A DNA stretch of 64,000 nt from Vicugna vicugna. Taxonomy: Eukaryota. Made by a program: the position numbers and the translations under genes. Under the pieces are notes generated by a model, which saw only the letters and a list, made by a program, of their open reading frames with translations, did no database searches and had not been told where the DNA came from. The stretch lies in NCBI GenBank assembly GCA_013265495.1, contig MU061579.1, positions 3,407,319 through 3,471,318 on the forward strand, in the 5' to 3' direction. The stretch's first letter is position 1, and the number at the start of each line of letters is the position of its first letter. Of this stretch, positions 37,145 to 49,195 are shown one piece after another.

Positions 37145-38656
37145 GTAGGTAAAATAGGTGTAAAAATATGTATCTTGAAAATATGAGTAGGAAATTTGTA
37201 GAATTCTAATAATAATAAAGCTAAGTCTAATATATTGCATAAACATACTTTGAAGATATGCAATAGAAATATTAACATTTAATTTTTATTTCAATGAAAT
37301 CAGATTTATATAAATTTTCAATTAAGAAAGTCCAACTATGTATTCTCTTATTGCTTTTTTAAGTACAAATATGGTCACATACTACTACATAATGAACATT
37401 TTAAAAGGCTTGTAATTAAGTAATGATTCTGTTTGACTTGGTTTTTGTTTTTCATGCACATTTGAATTTTACTTCAGTGAAATATTACAATAAATGCATA
37501 CTTGTTTAAAAAGACAGGAAACTATTCTTCATGTATTTTCCATAATAAAAAAGTCTGCAAGTACAAAGGGAAAAAACTATTTTTGAATAATATTTGTATC
37601 TACTTGTGAGTTTTGCCTTAAAAATCCTTTCCACATAAATAAAGATGAAATTGAAACAAGGTAATTTAACTTTTAATTTCTGGCCATTGTAGTAATTCAT
37701 GTTCAGCTTGAAAAAATATAATATGAAGAGAAAAATTAATCTGCAATTATTCATTCCATGATAATTACTGACATTTTTATTTTGCCTCTAAAAGTACATA
37801 TGATTATGTGTGTTTGTGTAAAAATACATAGTGTATTTACTTCTAGGACACTGGTTTCACATATCAATGTATGATAAAAGTCTCATGTATGAATGATTTT
37901 TTTCAGAAAAGCACAGGTAATAATGACTTCATCTTATGATATAAAATTATAACTAAGCTCAGCTGAAACTGAGAAATTTTACTTATTGGTCTTATCCTAC
38001 ATATAAAAGACAAATGTAGAATGTTAATCTTTTCCATTATCTGTTTTTACTAATATTTTATGTGACAGTGTATTTTCCTGATTTCTTTGGTTTTGGAGCT
38101 TATAATATGAAAAGTTAGCAGTTTATAATATCAAATTAAAATATTAATTATAATGTTAAATGTGAAATATGCCTGGGAAAATGCATGATTTTTAATTTCT
38201 GCCTCATTCATTTTTCCATCTTCCAAATTGTTTGTGGTCAATACACAGTACTTTTATAATTAGAGAAACTAAACTAATATTTAAGAAAATAGTAAAACTT
38301 AGCAGTATCAAAAACATGGGATGAATTATTTGAATTAAGTTTTTTAGAGAATAAAAGTTATTTTAAAACAAAATGATTTAGATACAGCATTTAGAAGTTG
38401 TTTAATCCAAAAGGGCTTCAATAAATAGCTTTTTAAATAAAAGAAATTAACAAGCAAGATTTAAAGTAATTTTCCAGTTTCAGATTCAGTGTGACATAAA
38501 TCAGCAGAGGTTGATCACATTCACAAGAGCCAATAAACTGTATATTAACTCTGAGATGTACTAAAAATGAAATTTACATGAAGACCCTTTACAAAATGTC
38601 TTACATAGTCAAAAAGAAACAGGATCTGTAATTCTGAATCTGCCATTCACTAGGCC

Positions 38657-38795
38657 AGGGCTTCTCAAATTTTAATGTGCCGGTGACTCACTTAGGAAAT
38701 TTGTTAATAGGTAGATTCTCAAGAATTCTGCATTTCTAACAACATTCAAGTGATGTCTGTATTGCTGGTCTGTGGACCACTCTTTGAATTGCAGG
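38657..38795. mobile_element. MER5A-like hAT-Charlie MITE
   Basis: cagggcttctcaaattttaatgtgc...ttctgcatttctaacaa...caagtgatg...tgctggtctgtggaccactctttga. Confidence 0.85.
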
Positions 38796-39372
38796 TTTCT
38801 GGGTGCTCTGTTAGTTCCTTCATGTGTATTGGCTATTAGCTTATGGTACTATGTCAAATTTGTAAATTATAAATCTGAGGAAGGAAGTAGGTAAGCAACT
38901 TATTAAATCTCTCAGTGATCTGCTATTTTCCTATTGCTGCTAACACATTACCACAAATTCATTTGCTTAAGATAACATGAATTTATTATCTTTAAGTTCC
39001 ACAGGTCAGAGGTCTGATTTGGCCTAAAATCAAGGTGTTGGAAGGGATGAACTCCTTCTGGAAACTCCAGGGGAGAACCTGTTTCCTTACCGTTTCCTAG
39101 AGGCCACCCTCATTTGCTGGCTTTGGCTTCATTCCTCCATCTTGGAAGCCGGCAAAATGACTGAGTCCCTCCCATGGTGCTATCTTCCAGCTTCTCTGTG
39201 TCAGTTGTCACATCTCCATCTTCAAGTCTGGCTCCTTTCTGCCTTACTCTTCTACTTTTAATTCCAAGTGATCACTTTGGACCCAACTGGATAAACTAGG
39301 ATTATCTCCTTATTTTAAGGATGCTTGATTAGCAACCTTAATTCCACTTGCAACTTTAATTCCCCTTTGGCA

Positions 39373-40445
39373 TGGGTTATGGATTAAATTTTGTTACCAC
39401 AAAAGATATGTTGAAGTCATAACCCCTGGTATCTTTGAATGTGAGTTTATTTAGAAGTAGAGTCTTTGCAGATGTAATTAAGTTGAGGTCATTAGGGTGT
39501 TCCCTATTCCAGCATGACTGGGTTCTAATATGAAGAAAGGAAATATGAAAACAGACATAGAAAGAAGAACATGAAATAAAAAAGACAGAAATTGGAGCGA
39601 TGAAGCTCCAATCAAGAAACGTTAAGTATCACTGTCCACAGCCAGACCTAGGAAAAGACAATGGAGAATTCTTCTCAAAGTCTCCAAGGTAACATGATCA
39701 TGCTGAGTGGGAGCCCATGATTGGGTTAACAAATTGTAACAGACCCTAGCCGCTTAACTCCTTAAAGAAGAGCAAATGTGCTTAGTAACCGCTTTGCTTA
39801 CATAGTTGAGGTTTTAGCAATGACCCAGGCCCTCAGCTGTAAATGCTGGGTGTGCCTACTGTTAGATAGTCTTCTATCCACAAAACAGCCTTGGGCTGGA
39901 ATGGTAAACAACTTATAAAAAGCTGCAGACTCAGAGGTGAGAAGGCTGGTTAGCCAATGACGGGTAAGATCCCCTGAGAGGGGCAACCTAAGACAGGCTC
40001 AGCCGCCTGAGTCCAAGTTGTTAAGCAACTGTTTCTCATACGTTCTTCCCTGATAAGCTGAAAAGCTCAACAAGATTATGATTCACCAAAAAGGGTCTTC
40101 TGACCTTGAGCCAAACACCAACAATAAACAAAGCCTTTGTACTCATTTGTGATCACACCCTGTCCTTCCCTAAATTCCTGCATTCCTCCTTCGACTGCAC
40201 TCAATAAATATGGGAACATTTGAGAGACTCCAGGAGTAGGCTCCCTACTCCCTCTCGCTCTCTTGACTTTTTCCAGAGTCTTGAGTAATTCATTCCGTCT
40301 CAGTGGGACTTCTGCCGGCAAACCCACAATGCTGATATTGTGATTTTGGACTGTTAGCCTCCAACACTATGAGTAAATAAATTTCTGTTGTTTTAAACCA
40401 CCAAGTTTGTTTTATTTTGTTACCAGAGTCAAAAAAATTAATACA
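39373..40445 (+). mobile_element. MLT1C-like solo LTR, split (39373-39703 and 40329-40445)
   Basis: gttatggattaaattttgttaccacaaaagatatgttgaagtcataacccc...gtctttgcagatgtaattaagttgaggtcattagggt; resumes tgattttggactgttagcctcca...aataaatttctgttgttttaaaccacca...taataca. Confidence 0.88.
39704..40328 (+). mobile_element. ERV1-type solo LTR (625 bp)
   Basis: TG...CA termini with a short inverted repeat (tgagtggg / cccaca); 4-bp TSD atgc at 39700-39703 and 40329-40332; AATAAA at 40123 and 40203; higher GC than the flanks. Strand inferred from AATAAA. Confidence 0.85.
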
Positions 40446-40863
40446 TATTCATAAATTTATGGGAATAGGACATGGACATCTTTGGAGAGTCATGAGTCCA
40501 CTTACCACAGATAGAAAGTGATTTTGTAGTTGATTAAAAAGTGGTAGTGACCTGAATATTTTGAGCAAAATATATTGCCCTTAAGCCATCTTTGGAGGAT
40601 CCCCAAAGGCACGGTAGCTCGTATTGAGAATATAGCCTTAAATTTCTATAGTTCAAACAGAAGTTGTCCTGAATAGGGATTAATATCTTACCAAAAAGTT
40701 TGCCCTCAACCTTGATTCACACGAAATTAATGATTATGGTCAGTTATTTAAGATATTGCAACTCTCTGGGATATTAGCTGGTGTGGTTTTTTTTGCTCCT
40801 GATAATTGTTTCCATGAGGAAGAATCTCTAATGGTCCATTTTCCCCATTACTGCCAGAGACTA

Positions 40864-41233
40864 TGTCATGGGCTACAAGTTTATGTCCCTCCAAAATTCA
40901 GATGTTGAAGCTCTAGCCTCCAGTGCTATGGTAACAGGAGGTAGAGGTTTTGGGAGGTAAAGAGATTTAAATTAGGTATTGAGTGTAGAACTCTCATGAT
41001 GGAATTAGTGCCCTTCTAAGAAGAAGAAGAAGAGAGAGAGATGAAAGTCCATGTGAGCACACAGGGAGAAGGTGGTTGTCTGCAAGCCAGAGGTGAGCTC
41101 TCCCCAGACACAGAATCTACTAGCATCTTGATCTTTGACTCCCTAGCCTTCAAAATTATGAGAAATAAATTTCTGCTCTTTAAACCAGCCAGTCTATGGT
41201 ATTTTATTGTAGCAGTCCTAGGAGACTAAGACA
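40864..41233 (+). mobile_element. MLT1A/A0-like solo LTR
   Basis: tgtcatgg...tgtccctccaaaattcagatgttgaagc...ctcatgatggaattagtgccctt...ctgcaagccagagg...gagaaataaatttctg...gactaagaca; agact on both flanks. Confidence 0.92.
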
Positions 41234-41852
41234 AGACTGGGAGAATCTATTTCACATTTCTGGTTTCCTGTTCTTCAATTGGTTCAAAGCTCAGGGAAGT
41301 ATAAGAAGCAGTGGTTACTGGACCACCTCAACCCCTATCTACATTTACTAAAGGTTTTAGTACCTGATAGCCTTTCTTCATGATTTCATTTTTCTACCAT
41401 TTCCCTGCCTGAATGCAATGCCCACATTATGCAAAATCAAAACAATTTTTCCCATTACAGCTCAATTCCAGTGACTTATTTTTAACGTTAGGCAACCTTT
41501 CCTGTGGTCACATCTTGAATCTTGTTCTATGTCACTGCTAAGAGATCTTGTCATGAAGTTGCTAAAACATCACTATTAACAACAGATGAAAGGTACCATG
41601 TTACAACATGAAAATTCAACAACTCCTTTTCACCTAAAATGTCTGCCTTCCCACCTGCTTCATGTCCTCACTTTCACTTTGCTTGCTTTTATTTTTCATG
41701 AACCCTTCTAATTAAGTCATTCTTAAACTCCAGTGTGCATACAACCCATCTGGGGAATTTGTTAAAAAAAATATGAATTCCACATCTTTCTTAGGGATTT
41801 ACTGTCATGCGGTTTTTGATTATTGATAATTCAAAATGATATGAAACACCCA

Positions 41853-42775
41853 AAGAACAAATGGATATCTACATGCAAAAGAATGAAGTTGGATTCTTTC
41901 CTTACAGCACACAAAAATTAACTCAAAATGGATCATAAATCTAAATGTAAAAGTTAAATCTATAAAAAATTTTAGAAAAAACATAGGAGCAAATCTTTGA
42001 TGTTTTCTCTGATATGATATCAAAAGCAGAAATGATGAAATAAAAAAATATGTAAGTTGGACTTCATCAAAATTTAAAAAAAATTGTGTTAAAAGTGTTA
42101 TCATGAAGAAAGTAAAAACAATCCACAGTATTTGGGGAAATATTGCAATTTGTATGTCTGATAAAGAATTGTATCCATAATATATAAATAACTCTTACAA
42201 TTCAATAAAAAACATAAACCAAATAAAGAGCAAGCCAAGTTGCTCAGTAGGTAGTTCCCCAAAGAAAATATGTTTGACATCATTAGCCATTAGGGAAATA
42301 AAGTTCAAAACCACAATGAGATACTATTTTAAACAAGGAGGATGACTATAACAACAACAACAAAAAATCAGTAATAAGAAGCGTTGGTGAGAATATGGTA
42401 TAATTACAATGCTTGTTGAATCCTTTCTGCTGTTGGGACTGTGAAATAGTATAGAGTCTTTGAAAAATAGTTTAGCAACTCCTCAAAACGTCAAACTGAG
42501 TTTCCATATGACCCAGAGTTTTCACTCCTAGGGTATACCCAAGGGAAATGAAAATATGTCAAGCAAAAACTTGTACATAGTGTGAATAGAATTGCTGTTC
42601 ACAATAGTTACAAAGTGGAAACAACCTAAATGTCCACAACTGATGAATGGATAAGTGTGATATATCCATACAATCAAATCTTAGCAATAAAGATGAAGCA
42701 CTGTTATATGGCACAGCATGGAAGAATGTGGATAAAAACATTCTAAGTAAAAGAAACAACTATGTGAATTATATT
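41853..42775 (+). mobile_element. L1 ORF2 C-terminus/3' UTR fragment
   Basis: acatgcaaaagaatgaagttgga...aaaaattaactcaaaatggatcat; aaaaccacaatgagatacta; gtggaaacaacctaaatgtcca. Confidence 0.92.
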
Positions 42776-43496
42776 TTCATAAAGTTCTTTAAAAATAAAA
42801 TAATAATCACCCTCTATAAGACAGATGCAGGTGTTTGTGGACAACACTGAGGAACATTGCCCAAATTCTTTGATTCTTTCCATTTTGCCTTAGCCTTAGA
42901 TACATTTCTTCTGAACTTGGAAGAGATGCACTATACTGTCACCACTCTTTGTCCTTTATCAGCAGAGTTTTTCCAGAAAAATCTCAATAGTGGACCAATC
43001 TTCCAATTCTCAGGCTTTGCTTCCATTTTTTGACTACACAGTATTGCTGGCAAACAAACAACATTATAGGTTACTGATACTAAAAAAAAAAAAAAAAAAA
43101 AATCCTCAGACATTTATAAACCTAAAACCACTTAAAGCTTTAAACTTTTCCTTAAATATCCTTGTTTCATATTTTATTAAGTAATGATTGAAAAATTCTA
43201 CTAGCTCCTCAAATTCAAGTCTTCATCACTTTCAGCATAATACCTCACCCCCTGCCTAATCTGATAATTGCAGTGATTAGGCACCCACTTCTCACCTCCA
43301 CCTCTAGCCAGTATCTACCAGCATAATTTAAAACAGTTATAACCTTTTTGTTCAGTCTCAGGGCATGGTCCTTCTCTTCTCTGGTTTCAATTTAACTCAG
43401 TGCATTCTCTTACATATTCCCCTTTTTATATTAACCTCTCCAGACCCATTCTCTTGGCATACAGTCATCTGAATTTTAAAATGCCCCTTTATCCTT

Positions 43497-44650
43497 GTAT
43501 TAGTGATGGTTATGTTTGATACCAGTCATTGACATATCAACTGCCAGCAGCTTAAACACAGAAGTATAGGTTTTCTCACATGATCAGGAGACTAGAAATA
43601 GTCATTCCAATCCTGTTTCATGATGCCATTCCATCTTGTTTCATGAAACATGAAATAATCATGTCTCATTTATCTATCAGCTGTCCAGTTTTTAATATTT
43701 TTTAAAAGTTCCATTATCTCTATTATGTTGGATTTTATTCTCAAGTTTGTTGCCTCATAGTTACAAGATGGCTTGCATACAACTGGTTTGTCCCTTTTTG
43801 TGTCAAGGATAAAAAAACAAGAAAAAAGCAATGAAGCAGAAACATTTCCAGAACTCTGAGGAAGATGTCTACTTACATATCAAAAAATAATCAGAATATT
43901 ATAAATAAATAAATAAAACCACCTTTAAAAAATTCAGGGAAGGATAGAAATTTTAGCTGGGAACATTACTGATACATTAGTTTACAATGCTGCATAAAAG
44001 GTTACCATAACTGTAGTGACTTAAAACAATACCCATTTATTAGCTGATAGTTCTGTGTCAGAATTCTGAGTTCTCTATTTAGAGGATCACAAGGCCACCT
44101 TAATGTATCACCCAGGTTGGGCTCATATCTAGAGATTCTATGGAATAATGGCTGCCAGGCTTATTCAAGTTGTTGGCAGAATCCAGTTCCTCGCAATTGC
44201 AAGTCTGGGTCTCCAATTCCTTTCTGGCTGTCCACTGGTAACATCTCTTAGCTCCATAGGGCAACACACATTTCTTCTCATAAGTCTCCCTCTATCTTAA
44301 AACCAGCAATGGACCAGCAAGTCCTTCACACACTTGGAATCTCTGACTTATTTTACTTCTACCGGCTGGAGATTATTCTCTACTATTATATGGCTCATGT
44401 GATTTCTTTAGGCCCATATGGATAATCTCTCTGTTTGAAGGGTGACTACCCCATACAACATAATTAATCAAGGGAAGAATGGCTCATCATATTTACAGGT
44501 TCCATTCACACTGACAGGAAAAGAAACTATGCAAGTTCGAGCATGTGAGGTCATTCTTAAAATTTTTTATATCACAGCAGCTTTTAACAAAATCAGGGCT
44601 TTGTTATAAGAAGGTGAAAATAGATTCAGTCAGTCTCTTGAAAACAACAT
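43497..44650 (-). mobile_element. Old MLT1K/L-like LTR split by a younger MLT1
   Basis: tgcctcatagttacaagatggct; ttttagctgggaacattactg (43951-43971) resumes as aacaaaatcagggctttgtta (44586-44606). Confidence 0.65.
43972..44576 (-). mobile_element. MLT1E-like solo LTR
   Basis: gacttaaaacaatacccatttattagctgatagttctgtg; caagttgttggcagaatccagttcctcgc; catcatatttacaggttcc; ends ...tatcaca. Confidence 0.85.
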
Positions 44651-45199
44651 GCACCCTTGCTCACTTGACATCCTCAGTAATCTTTACTATTATCTTCATG
44701 AACTACTCCCACCACATCACTTAATGGAAGAAGTCACTATGGATCTCCAGATTAAAAATCCAGGGTGTGGTTTCTAAGCCTCTATTTTTTGATGATTTCT
44801 CAAAAATGTTGGCAGTAGTAACCTTTCTCTTTTGTGAAACTCTAATCCTAATAACTTACATGACATTTTTTACTTCTACAAATATTTGTACATTTCTGCT
44901 ACATAGTGTATAATCACGTGGTGACTGCAGGGTTATTACAGCAGGAGAAGCTTACAGTGGTTAATTTATGCATATCCTTCTGCACGTTTTCCTTGAGGTA
45001 GGCAGCAGAAAGGGGATGGAAGAGGAGTTTTCTTCCAATCAGAACAGAAGATGTGGCACTTTGGGTTGGAGCTTCAAAACTTGTTGAGCTACTGGCGATG
45101 TTCATACATAGGCAGAAGTATCCCATTCAGTTAAACAGCAATCAGTTAGTGGTTATGTGGATCCTGCACTACCTCAGACTGACTATGCAGATTCAATAG

Positions 45200-46030
45200 A
45201 AACATTAACCAGGGAAACTCAATTACAAAGTAAGCATATAACTGAGAATTACCAGATGTTGGAAGAAAGCCATCATCATAAAAGATTGAAAATAGAAAAG
45301 GGCTGGGATATAGAATTAACAGATAAATTGAACAGGATGTTACAGCAAGTATAACTAATATCAACAGAGTGATTCAAAAGTATATTGGATACATTAAAAT
45401 ACAATAAAAATAAAAAATGATTATGGGGAAATAAGTCAATAGACAGGATGAATATATAACAGAGGCAGTTAAGGAACACATTAGTGAGCTTGAAGATAAA
45501 GCTAAGAAGTAGTCTAAGAGTATATTACAAAATCATATGGGTATGGAGTTTATGAAAAATAAGTTATAAATCAGAAAAGAATTCAGGAATTCAACTGCCT
45601 AATAGAAAAAGAGACAAGAAAGAAAGGTGTGAACTCAATACTCAAGATGCTATGAGAATGGTTCAGAAATGAAGGGAAAAACTAGACTCCTAGATACTTT
45701 CTTGATAGGTTTGTACATTTAGGAAAAGAGAAAATTCCATAAAATTTCAAAGGTGGAGAATTATAGTTAGTCTACAAAGAGATAATAATAAAAGTTACAT
45801 ATACATGTTAGTATCTACCCATATATATTATTAACAACACTGGATGCAATATTAGAAGACAATACAACAGTAATCATGAGGAAAAATAATTTAAAGTGTA
45901 CATTTCAATAGGCAGCCAAAAATATATAATTATTGTATAAAAATTAAATAAAGATATATTCATATATATGAAAGCACTGCCTGAAATAATTTTGCAAGGT
46001 ATACTCCAAACAATTAGAAAAGTTATCCTA
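45200..46030 (+). mobile_element. HAL1/ancient L1 ORF1 remnant
   Basis: attagtgagcttgaagataaagctaagaa; caacactggatgcaatattagaagacaat...gaggaaaaataatttt...cagccaaa. Confidence 0.65.
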
Positions 46031-46719
46031 GAAAAATTATATTTTTCCCTGAATTATTCTTTTAGAATTCAAAGATGAAAATTATTTTCCTGTGTTGAAC
46101 AAAAACATTAATAGTAAAACATTTTAATTTACCTTTTTATATATCCCTTTGAATAAAGCAGATACCTCTGACCATTTTTCTAAGTATATATATAACATAT
46201 GCCAGAATGGAATATATAAAATGTTTAAACAATGTTAAAAATTCAAAAGTTAAAATACTCAGAATTTTTAATATCTTACTACTTTTACAGCATATGTTAT
46301 TAAATATAGTGATGTTTCCTACATATTTTCAGTATTAATTACCATTTTTTCTAAGCACACAGTAATATATGTATATATGTATATATACACACATACACAC
46401 ACTTTATGCTGGAAATTTTAGAGGTAAAATAATTTCACTATTAAAAAAATTACACCTGTAAGACGTTAAGAGATTCCAGAGAAAATGCAAAATGTATGAC
46501 TATCATTTGCTGAACAGGCCCTGTGAACTATGAAAACAAAGATTAATCAAAGTAAAATCAATATTCAATTACCTGTGTGAGACTGTATGTGATAACTGGG
46601 ATCCATCACCATCTACTCTGTGTAAAACTGGATCCTAAGTCATATATACCCATGTGAAAAATTATATCTGTTTCTTATTTTCTCTCATTGCCCTTAGTAT
46701 ATCACAGCATTAATAAAGG

Positions 46720-47070
46720 ACTGATTTTGTTTTTCAAGTATGAATAACCTATCCAAACCAAGAAGGAACGTGTTAGCTCAGCAACTGAAAATTCTAAAGG
46801 AAGAGAGTTTTTAGGCTCATCTAGTCAAACATCACCAGGAAGCTTCCAATATGGCTTTAAAGGTAGATTCTCTTAGCAGATGTGCCAGGTTGATATTCTC
46901 CCACTTTAACATTCCCAGTAGTAACAGGGGGACTTTCCTCTGTTAGAACTAATAGAACTCTTGATATGAATCTCTTGACTAGTTTGGGTCAAATGCCCAA
47001 CCTCAAACCAAGAATCTTAGCCAAAACAACAGTGCCTTCACTAGACACATTTTAGTCCTCTGAGGATCCA
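46720..47070 (-). mobile_element. Highly diverged MLT1 (K/L-like) LTR
   Basis: ttagctcagcaactgaaaattcta; gactagtttgggtcaaatgcccaacctcaaaccaa. Confidence 0.5.
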
Positions 47071-48759
47071 AGTCAGCATCATATAAAGCATAGGGGCCGG
47101 GAAGCAAATAAGACAAAGCTGAAAAAATAAACTCACTAGCAATAGCCTAACCTTTGTCTCTATATGACTTTCCTTTGAAGATGAACAAACGGTGCTAAAT
47201 TAATGCATACAAATTATTCTGAAAATATACATACACTCTCTGTGAGGAAATCTTATTGCATTATCTATAAGAGAAACAAATGTAAGGGCAACTATTTTAC
47301 AGGTATTTCAATTGAAGTATATCAAAAATTAAAGTGCTTATAAACTAAGCTGAAAGCTATACATTATTAAATCTAAAACATTTGTAATAATTTCCCTTAA
47401 TTTATATAGAAATCAGTCATCAGTGCTACAAAAAGCAGTAACCTGAAAATTTCCATTAATATTAGTTCACTGATGCATATTTGACTGTGCTTTGAAGAGT
47501 GACATTTAAACATAATAACCACATTTAGGTTTCTCGATATGTCTACCCACGTTGTAAGACATATACCTTGATAAAAAGTTAATAGATTTTGTTTCACATG
47601 TCATGATTCATACTCTGCCTCTTTCAAAATATCTCAGTATTGTTAATATCAGCGGTAGTTTCCTAGTTTCTTCCCCACTTCCACTATACTAGCCTTCAGG
47701 CAGATTATGAGGCTTTTCTATTTGGTTATTTTCTCTCCTAAATGTCTTTTTACTTCAAATATGTGAGAGGGAATGAGGTGGTATCTCAAAAATCAAAATC
47801 TAATAGAAAGACATTATCACTTTTGTGATATTATAGCTAGCTTAAGATGATTTTATAATTCCCTCACAAATAGCAGACACCATAATCCTACCTATGTGTT
47901 TGTCTTCAGCATATGCTGGGAGGTAAGAAATCAATAAAAATCAATGAGAAATAATGAAAATTACTCATAGTCACTTCAAGTCTATCTTCTTCAGTTTCCT
48001 TGACAATTTTTTTTGGGGTAGCTTTTTGCTTTCACTCTTTACTATTATTAGAATTTGAGTGAAAGAGAACAAAGGCATCACATATAGAGAGATCAGAAAG
48101 AAGTGTAACCCACTTGTATTCCCAAACTTTGACAATTCTTAATTTAGTTGGGCTGTAGACTCTTCTGTCATGTTGAAATACCCTACCTCATTGGATTTGT
48201 CTTATATCTCAAGCCCCTACTAACCTGGATTTGAGCAACTGATTTTTTTTTCCTTTAATCTGTAACAGTAATCTTCAGTGTTCTCTAAGGATAATGCTAG
48301 GATTCTCTCATTTGGCTTTCCCTACTCTTGGCTGATGTGAGTAACTACCTCACTTTAGTGATGGGTCCACTGGCCTTTCTCATGGTCTTGGCAACCTACT
48401 TAGCTCTAGGACTGGGCATGCTCATATGATAGATGTCAGGGCACTTGACAGTAATGTTAAGGAACAACAACTGGGTTTAAATTTAGCAATTAAAAAATGT
48501 ATAAGCAGGCTGCAATCATCTTCAATACAATTCTTTAAAGCAGTTTGCACTTTAACCAAATGTCTAAAAAAAAAAAACTTGCAAAAGGTTGGCTCACGAC
48601 CAAGATTTCACAATATTATATCATTTTTGTTACAAGTCAGTCATGTTGAATAAATTTTTTTTAACATTTGCTCTTAATGAATGTGGTTGAATAAATTTAA
48701 TGAGATAGATCACAATCAGTAAACACTGAGGTGTTACTTTTACATCTTACTGATTTATC

Positions 48760-49195
48760 TTGGAGTGGATACTGTGGTGTGCCACCCAGAACCCTGGTGG
48801 GTACATTTTCAGTCACCCTGCTGCTGAGAGTACCACTTGTTGATGGCTCACTAATGAGTCCTCCTTCTAAGCAATGCCCTCAACTGAAGAGAGATAATTT
48901 ACCAAGTATTATTCTCCTTCCTGAAAGTAGCCTACATTTAACGGTCCGCATGGAATATAAAGGCTTGTCTCTCTTGACTTCATTTGAGACACTTTGGAAG
49001 GTTCATTCCAGCTTCAAGGATTCTTAAAGGGTTGGATAAAAGATTTTGTTATAACTGCATGACAGTTAAACTTCTACTTCTGCCAAATCCTGCTTCCCTC
49101 ACTCATGGACAAAAGTTATTCCTAAAATATTCTCAATAATCCACCTGGAGGCAAATCTTGATCTCCCAACCTGTTCCCCAGGGAGGAAAAAAATA
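48760..49195 (+). mobile_element. ERVL solo LTR (LTR16C-like)
   Basis: tgtggtgtgccacccaga; gatggctcactaatgagtcc; tgccctcaactgaagagag; tataaaggc; tctgccaaatcctgcttccctcactc; gcaaatcttgatctc. Confidence 0.8.

Larger units (their letters stand above)
38921..40509 (-). mobile_element. MLT1D-like solo LTR, split (38921-~39372 and ~40446-40509) by nested insertions
   Basis: Starts ttcctattgctgctaacacattaccacaaa; breaks after gattagcaaccttaattccacttgcaactttaattcccctttggca; resumes tattcat...ggaataggacatggacatctttgg...cttaccaca. Confidence 0.85.

Noticed and set aside
44914..45126. 70-aa minus-strand ORF in a moderately GC-rich patch, as a retrocopy fragment
   Set aside because: No protein recognised in the frames I read; no polyA tail or TSD seen.
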